A DNA stretch of 63,737 nt, counting the filler, from Stramenopiles sp. TOSAG23-2 (taxonomy: Eukaryota), in NCBI GenBank assembly GCA_900128395.1. It is 19 parts of 19 records of this genome, joined end to end, with 100 filler letters (N's around TTAATTAATTAA, not from the genome) between each part and the next. Parts side by side here need not be neighbours in the genome. Positions count along the whole stretch, not along the records: positions 57,140 to 60,388 come from LT651298.1; positions 60,489 to 63,737 come from LT651299.1; 17 more parts are not named here. The stretch is one strand, 5' to 3'. Every line of letters starts with the position of its first letter. Positions within the stretch are counted from its first letter, which is position 1. The notes under the pieces are model-generated. The model had not been told where the DNA came from and made no database searches. It was given only the letters and a program-made list of their open reading frames with translations. Both the position numbers and the translations under genes were made by a program. Shown here in pieces: positions 57,142 through 63,737 of this stretch.

Positions 57142-57687
57142 ACTGGTTATAATCATATCGATTTATCCAATACCGATGTAAAAAATATTGCAATTTATTA
57201 TCTAGAAAATGATCTTTCGTATGATAATAAAACATTGTTAAGTTTAAAACATACATTGCGATATGATATAGAGGATGATAATTGTCCAGCTGCTCCATTA
57301 TTTACGCCTACAGACATTTACATACAACAAGTAGCAATGGATACATTAGGTATAAAGAAAGAATGGGTCGCCGTAGTAAATTTAAATACAAAAGATAGAA
57401 ATGGATATTTACAAAGCGAATTTCCATATTGTAAAGTGCGAAAGTATTTAATTGGTGCAAAAACTGTTGTTAAAGCTTATATAGATGATGATGGTTGTTG
57501 TGATGGTTTGAAAGATTACAAGCAATGTCAAAGTACATGTGATAAAGGGGGGTTGACCAAGTTGAAAGACAAACATAATAAACATTATTCAAAAGAGATT
57601 GTGATGAAAGGAACACAATATAAAGTAGAAAATGCTTTATCTGGTAGAAGAAGAAGGTTGTTGCAGGAATCAACAGAAGGTTGCTAA
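57142..57687 (+). CDS. 3' end of a Cys-containing, probably secreted protein ending RRRRLLQESTEGC
   Basis: Frame open from contig start; Cys cluster DGCCDG..QCQSTC; polybasic RRLL motif just before the C-terminal QESTEGC. Confidence 0.65.
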   Translation, partial: TGYNHIDLSNTDVKNIAIYYLENDLSYDNKTLLSLKHTLRYDIEDDNCPAAPLFTPTDIYIQQVAMDTLGIKKEWVAVVNLNTKDRNGYLQSEFPYCKVRKYLIGAKTVVKAYIDDDGCCDGLKDYKQCQSTCDKGGLTKLKDKHNKHYSKEIVMKGTQYKVENALSGRRRRLLQESTEGC

Positions 57688-58328
57688 TTGCACTTCAATT
57701 CCTTTTTTAACAATATTTTAAAAAAAAAAAGTTAAAAATACGAATTAATATGTACGTCCTCGAGTAAAATATGATTAATTAATATCATTAATCGTGCACC
57801 ATAGTACGTGATACGTAAAATTTAACAAGTTTGTGGTACATTTTTTAAAGTATTTAAATTTTTATAAAATACAATGTTTTACTTTTTACTCGCGGTAATG
57901 ATACTGGTCAATATTTTTTTACTTCTTTCTCTTTTCATCATCACACACATTTATATTTAATTTTTACTCATTTTTTTTTAAATTTTAATTTGTAATAATT
58001 GTGCCAATTGTGCCAATTGGGTGCCATGCCATTGTAATTTTGCCATTTTTGACGGTATATAGTAGAACCAGGTGGTATTCTAATTCATCATTTAAGTATA
58101 ATTTTGGCGCGTGGTGGCGTGGTGGTAACAAAAAAATCCAAAAAAAAAGGCAAAAAAAGAAGCATGAAATCTATCTATCTCTCTTATGATGCAAGAAGTT
58201 TATATATATATATCCCACATTAACATATACATATGTATGTAACTATATATATATGATCCATTACCAATTCTTATAATCAATAAATATTCGAATTAAATAA
58301 AAGTACGGCAAAGCATTTAAAAACAATA

Positions 58329-58802
58329 ATGTCATCCTCCCTTGCACCACCAAAAGCAAAAAGACAACAATCTGCTGAATTAGGTACATCCCTTTTTGTA
58401 CGTGCTATATCTATTGACGATAATGATAATAATGATTTTGATGAGAATAATAATGTAAACCAAGGAGATTATTATAATAATTATGATGGAGATGAATATT
58501 ATGATGAAGATGAATATTATGAAGAAGAAGATTATTTTGATGAATATGATGATTATGCTGATAATTATACTGGTAGTGGATATAGGGGTGGCAGTGGTGG
58601 TGGTGGTGGAGGTGCGAGAAAAAAAGGTACTAATAATAATAAACCAACTGTTTATTCATCGAAACATATAAGAAACCTTGCAGCAAGACAAGCAGGAAGT
58701 AATACGAATAAAAAAAAACCTGGCCCGAGCAGTTCAACAAAGAAAAAAAGTAATAAAACAAAGAAAAAAGCAAGTGGAAAAAAAAATAAAAAAGGTCGAT
58801 GA
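58329..58802 (+). CDS. Small disordered protein (acidic Tyr-rich middle, Lys-rich C-terminus)
   Basis: 157-aa ATG ORF with a strong codon pattern; D/E/Y block, RGG-like stretch and basic tail. Confidence 0.6.
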   Translation: MSSSLAPPKAKRQQSAELGTSLFVRAISIDDNDNNDFDENNNVNQGDYYNNYDGDEYYDEDEYYEEEDYFDEYDDYADNYTGSGYRGGSGGGGGGARKKGTNNNKPTVYSSKHIRNLAARQAGSNTNKKKPGPSSSTKKKSNKTKKKASGKKNKKGR

Positions 58803-58933
58803 AGAGTCGTGTGCGTCTCTTTTAATAAAAAAGTATAAAATTTTACATTTTTTTTTTTTGTTTAATAATTTGAATAAAAAAAATATCAAATATTCATAAA
58901 TCATTTTTAAATAATATAAATGTATATACACTC

Positions 58934-59998
58934 TCAACAAATCTTCCCTGTATCTTTAAATCTACGTATTTTTTCCAACACTTTACCTTTTGTCATTTTT
59001 TCATCTAAATGTAATGTTTTTAATAATTCCGATGAATCATAACGTAAAAAAACATTATATTTCATTTCCTCTTTCATTGTAGATGGAATAGTTGGTAATA
59101 ATTTCGATCGTTGTTCCAATGCCCATTTTAATTTTTCTTTAATAAAATCATTTTCCGGTTCCACTTTCATTGCAAATTTTAAATTACTGACTGTATATTC
59201 ATGACCACAGTATAACTTTGTGTTTTCTGGTATATGTTTTAAAATGACATTTGAAATAGTTTCATACATAATAGAACCATTTCCTTCAAAAAATTTACCA
59301 CAACCACCGACAAATATTGTATCGCCAGAGAAAAAAACACCACCTAAACGTTGAATATTACTTTCAATATAAAAACCAACATGCCCAGCAGTATGACATG
59401 GTGTATTTAATAATTGTATTCTTGTTGATCCTAATTTATAATATTGTAAATGATTTAAAAAGACATTTTGTTTTAAACAAGTTTCATTTACTCCAGATAC
59501 AACATCTGGGTTATTAAATAAGGATAACATTTGTCCATTGCCGCCAGCATGATCTTGATGATAATGCGTCGTTAATACACATGTTAAACGTAATGGTGTT
59601 AATGTTATTAAATTTTCTGAAATATAATGTTTTAACGATTGAAATTCTTTATAAATAAATTCTGGATCCGCAGCATCAACACAAGCAACATAACCACTTC
59701 GTTTATCTACAATAAAATATGCATAATTATCTTGTAAGAATGGAATATACCATACGATAAATTGTCCATAATCATCCGGTTCCTTACATTTCGCCGTATG
59801 TCGTTTCTGATGATCATTACTTTTAAACGTTAATAAATATGCATGATAATATGGTCCAATAATGGAATTATAAATGGCATATAATATTTTAAAAGTAAAT
59901 GAACTTTGATTAAATGTTGTTAACCTAGATGTTGCTAATGAATACAATATGAATGATATTGGTACAAATAATATTGATATGATATACGTGAAAAGCAT
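58934..59998 (-). CDS. HAGH: Hydroxyacylglutathione hydrolase (glyoxalase II)-like metallo-beta-lactamase with N-terminal membrane anchor
   Basis: DNYAY, LTTHYHQDHAGGN, TPCHTAGH, FSGDTIFVGGCGKFFEG, YCGHEYT, PTIPST..EE..YNVFLR. Confidence 0.92.
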   Translation of the reverse strand: MLFTYIISILFVPISFILYSLATSRLTTFNQSSFTFKILYAIYNSIIGPYYHAYLLTFKSNDHQKRHTAKCKEPDDYGQFIVWYIPFLQDNYAYFIVDKRSGYVACVDAADPEFIYKEFQSLKHYISENLITLTPLRLTCVLTTHYHQDHAGGNGQMLSLFNNPDVVSGVNETCLKQNVFLNHLQYYKLGSTRIQLLNTPCHTAGHVGFYIESNIQRLGGVFFSGDTIFVGGCGKFFEGNGSIMYETISNVILKHIPENTKLYCGHEYTVSNLKFAMKVEPENDFIKEKLKWALEQRSKLLPTIPSTMKEEMKYNVFLRYDSSELLKTLHLDEKMTKGKVLEKIRRFKDTGKIC

Positions 59999-60726
59999 GA
60001 TATAAATATATATACACGTGCTAATACAATTTGATGATAAAAAAGGGGGGGGGATACTTTATATTATATTTTCTAAAATGTTTCCACTGTTGTTTCTTCC
60101 ATCTCTATATCCCTCTGATCCTATATATATGCTTATTAATGCATCTATATCCTATTGGAAAAGTTAATGGAGGATAATATGGCCAGATTATAGCATATAC
60201 ATATAGTCATGTGTACTGAAAATATTATATTGCTGATATTTTTACAAAAGCAAAATGAATTCCATGCAACAACTACAACATGCATTCTTCTGCATTGTGG
60301 AATGGAATTAGATCTAAAATGTAAATATATAGTTCATTGGTTTAAAAATTACGAATAGCACAAGAAGATTATATAGTCTATGTTGAGTNNNNNNNNNNNN
60401 NNNNNNNNNNNNNNNNNNNNNNNNNNNNNNNNTTAATTAATTAANNNNNNNNNNNNNNNNNNNNNNNNNNNNNNNNNNNNNNNNNNNNTTATAAGAAAGA
60501 TTTATTATAAACTACAAATTCCAGGATTCATCATCCTTAATAAACCCCACCACAGACCATCCATTTTGTTATAAATAAAAATACCACCACCTATACCACC
60601 AGGTAATAATATTACCAGGTAAAAAAATATTAATAGATATAAATATATTAATATTATGATAATAGATATATAGATACTATATAAGAAAGAAGAAACACAA
60701 CAAACCAAATACAAGCATAAAACATC

Positions 60727-62127
60727 ATGGCATCGTTAGCAAACAATAATAATGATAAATCATATTCATTAGAGACATTCATTGAAGTGCATTCTGGTCA
60801 ATTGGAGGCACAAAATATACCAAAAAAATTATGGTCTAAAATATATCAAAAGCTTTTTAATAATCAATTTGATGCCGGTATTTGTTTTACCTTTTCATTT
60901 GATCCTGATCTTGAACCGCATAAACGCTATGAGGTGTTGGCAAAAGAAGCATTAAAGAAGGAAGACGATATTTGGCTAATTGAGCATATATGGCTTTTTA
61001 AAAGTGCCGTTGATGCTGTCATGGTATTGAAGAATTATCCTCAAGTCATGGATAGAATGTTGTTGTTGACTGGATATGATAAAGATACTTTGTTATCTAC
61101 TTCAATAACTTCGTCGGATGATAATAATACTAGTGATGATAATAATAATGAAAAAGATGAAGACGTATCAGCCCGAATGGCTGATCGAATGATAGATGAG
61201 TTGCAACGCTATGCATATCCACTGATTGATTCTGAAGGAAACCGTATGCATTATGTGATGGATGAATTGGGAAGTAGAGTAAAATTTGCAATCAATGATG
61301 ATGATAAACCAAATGTAAAATATGCAACTATATTCAATCAATTGACAAATGAAACTGTGACATTAATGTGGTGTATTGAGAATGTTAAAGATGGCGACGT
61401 TGTTATGAGGTCTCCGCAACATAGAATGTCAATAGTTGGGTTAAAAAAAAGAGCATGGGAAGTACGTTTTGAATATGAAAAGCAATATGATTGGTACTGT
61501 GAGTACAATGAAGGGTCCCCTTTGAGAAATTTAATATTGAAAACTGCTCTTGATAAAACTGAACCTGTATTAATTGTTGGTAGTGGCAGCAGCACCATGC
61601 CTATGAAAATGAGTGATGATGGATTTACAAATTTAACTGCTTCAGATTATGTAAAAGCTATAGTTGATCGAATGAGAGAAAAATTTGATAAGGAGGAATA
61701 TTTAAATAAAATAAAGTGGATGGAACTAGACGCAACAAAAATATCATCAAAAATATCAGAAAATACTATTAAGTATATTGTTGACAAAGGTTGCCTTGAT
61801 GCTTTACTGGTACGAGATGGTGTAGATGGTAGTCATGAAGGGAAAGATTCATGGGTATCAGAGGAACCGGATGACGTGAAAACAATGTTATCGGAGATAT
61901 CAAAAACTCTTACAGATAAAGGACTTTATTTATTAACTAGTTTTGGGTCACCACATTATTTATGTAATACATTAAGTTTTGAAAGTTCTGGATTGGAATT
62001 ATTAAATTGTTATCAAATTGAAAGGACGAAAGAGCAAGCAGAAAAAGATTCACGTATACCTGGTTTAAATCCTGGCTCTGAGTTTTACTTTTTAGTTTTC
62101 CAAAAGATGACTAGAGTGACAATGTAG
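60727..62127 (+). CDS. Fusion of TTLL12-like N-terminal (SET-like) domain and EEF1AKMT4/METTL13-N-like methyltransferase
   Basis: N-half F..VH..QL...IP..LW..I..KL....FDAG, IWLIEHIW, YVMDELGSRV, TLMW.....GD.V.R; C-half W..RF....YDWY, VLIVGSGSS, IVDKGCLDALL, MLSEI...L...GLYL..SFGSPH. Confidence 0.85.
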   Translation: MASLANNNNDKSYSLETFIEVHSGQLEAQNIPKKLWSKIYQKLFNNQFDAGICFTFSFDPDLEPHKRYEVLAKEALKKEDDIWLIEHIWLFKSAVDAVMVLKNYPQVMDRMLLLTGYDKDTLLSTSITSSDDNNTSDDNNNEKDEDVSARMADRMIDELQRYAYPLIDSEGNRMHYVMDELGSRVKFAINDDDKPNVKYATIFNQLTNETVTLMWCIENVKDGDVVMRSPQHRMSIVGLKKRAWEVRFEYEKQYDWYCEYNEGSPLRNLILKTALDKTEPVLIVGSGSSTMPMKMSDDGFTNLTASDYVKAIVDRMREKFDKEEYLNKIKWMELDATKISSKISENTIKYIVDKGCLDALLVRDGVDGSHEGKDSWVSEEPDDVKTMLSEISKTLTDKGLYLLTSFGSPHYLCNTLSFESSGLELLNCYQIERTKEQAEKDSRIPGLNPGSEFYFLVFQKMTRVTM

Positions 62128-62340
62128 CATAATAATTTTTTTCAGAGAGAAGAACCCAAGGGCGTTTTATTTTTTTTGTGGGAAGAACGAGAGATATTCG
62201 TACATACATTATACGTAAAAGTCATATATTATATAATCAATTTATACGAAGTTTTTAGTATTTTGTTGTGTTATACGAATCATACTTCGTATTATATTTC
62301 AATCATATTTTTATAGATATTTTTATTTAAAAAAAAAGTA

Positions 62341-63153
62341 CTACCTTAGTTGGTTTTGTCTTCGTTTTTGAAATTCTGTTATATAATTCATAAAGTCTTC
62401 AATGTATCCAAAAAATGTATCATGTGTTCCACTTCGCTTCTTTAATGTTAATTCAATATTGTTATGCCCAGCACCTTTTATCCATAATGGTGGATATCTA
62501 TACTTTTCTTTTATAGCTAAATATAATTGTTCTCCGTGATAAAAAGGAACAATTTCATCTAAACGTCCATGCATTATAAAAATAGGACAAGTTATTTCAC
62601 CAATTTTATCAATATTACACATTAAATCGCCTGGGAAACTATATGCAAAATGAAACGCAACGCGATACGCAGACATCAATGGGCTTTGTAAAATTACGCC
62701 GGCAACGGGCCTTCCTTTTCTACTTTGCCGCATTGCTAGTTCGCAAGATGCCCCGCTGCCTAATGAACGTCCATATAGAATTATTTCTTCCTCTTTGTAT
62801 CCTTGAACACCAGTTAAATATTCAAATACACAAGTAATATCTTTAAAGCAATCTTGTTCTGTTGGATTCCTACTTTTATTAGTCATACCATATCCTGTGT
62901 AATCATATAAAAGTATATTTACGCCTAATTTTATAGCTACATCTTTAAACCATGAATATATTTGCCGCAGATCTTCTGCATTACCATGGCTAAATAACAC
63001 TGTATATTTTGCACCTTCAGCCAAAACTAAGGAAGCGTTTATAGTATGGCCACGATTTTTTGATGTTTTCGTTTGTATAGGTATAAAATTAGCATTTTTT
63101 TCCCATGGTCTTTGAGGTGGTTGAAACAACATAGATGTTGCAACGGCACCCAT
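62341..63153 (-). CDS. ABHD17: Alpha/beta hydrolase ABHD17-like depalmitoylase
   Basis: FQPP, LFSHGNAEDL, YDYTGYG, LYGRSLGSG, HGRLDEIVP, GAGHNNIE. Confidence 0.9.
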   Translation of the reverse strand: MGAVATSMLFQPPQRPWEKNANFIPIQTKTSKNRGHTINASLVLAEGAKYTVLFSHGNAEDLRQIYSWFKDVAIKLGVNILLYDYTGYGMTNKSRNPTEQDCFKDITCVFEYLTGVQGYKEEEIILYGRSLGSGASCELAMRQSRKGRPVAGVILQSPLMSAYRVAFHFAYSFPGDLMCNIDKIGEITCPIFIMHGRLDEIVPFYHGEQLYLAIKEKYRYPPLWIKGAGHNNIELTLKKRSGTHDTFFGYIEDFMNYITEFQKRRQNQLR

Positions 63154-63737
63154 CTTTGTACAGTTGTTGCGGTGGTGTGAATGAAAAATTGTTGTATTAA
63201 ATGTATCGGTATGCTTGCATATGATTCTAGTTTGATTTATGGAAACTTATTTCAGAATAAACATGTCTTATTATTTCGATCAATACCAGGTATATTCAAT
63301 TGTTGAATATATATTAATATTATTATTCACATGTTGTTAATAAATAAATAATAATAGAAGTACTAAAGTACTATACCTAGGTATTTTTTATTATTACTAT
63401 TTAAGGATATTATATTTATTAAAATATTTATTACTATAAGAAGTAATAAAATTTAAGCTGTGCACCTGAAAAGTCTAGCCGCCATTAAAAAAGGCTGCCG
63501 ACAGCTGGACAGCACGAACGAATTAGAATGTGCTATCCATCTGGCTATCACACAACAACAACAACAACAAAATTATTTTCGAAAAAAAAAAATTCTTCTT
63601 ATTTTTTTTTTCTTCTTTTTTTTAAATTTAAATTTAAAATATACATAAATTGAATTATAAATGATTAACAACATAATTCAAAATAATAATGAGATATATA
63701 AATGTTCTTCATCAATAATAGATCAAGATGATTATGC

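Noticed and set aside
57998-58050. Clustered TGCCA(A)TT words upstream of the 58329 gene (also at ~42064)
   Set aside because: Could be a promoter motif but too few instances to separate from local slippage

Overview
This window is AT-rich eukaryotic nuclear DNA with poly-Asn/Gln tracts, AT/CA microsatellites and a few GT-AG introns. An axonemal dynein fragment suggests a flagellated protist; a stramenopile single-cell assembly is plausible but is inference. It is not one locus: 19 unrelated, size-sorted contigs of about 3.25-3.28 kb are joined by artificial 100-bp spacers (44 N + TTAATTAATTAA + 44 N), so gene neighbourhood across spacers is meaningless. Recognisable genes are an MFS transporter, CWC2, rhomboid, eEF1B-gamma, RPC34, METAP1, UBC4, a CMD-family protein, MTHFR, a PX-AGC kinase, GH56 hyaluronidase, sideroflexin, HMCES, CTP synthase, dynein fragments, ABCB1, a RING-H2 protein, glyoxalase II and ABHD17. 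The best signals are: (1) a secreted DsbA/FrnE-type selenoprotein that the ORF track splits in two, with an in-frame UGA in an unusual C-T-Q-U-P-H-G-Y-I-G active site and a canonical-looking SECIS about 110 nt past the stop; (2) an in-frame fusion of the TTLL12 N-terminal SET-like domain to a seven-beta-strand lysine methyltransferase; (3) a candidate gustatory-receptor-like 7TM protein; (4) a silaffin-like KxxK protein; (5) a GH56 in a protist; and (6) a dispersed non-coding repeat family lying 3' of genes on three contigs. A fully palindromic contig, a dynein head-tail junction and exact tandem duplications look like amplification or assembly artefacts.
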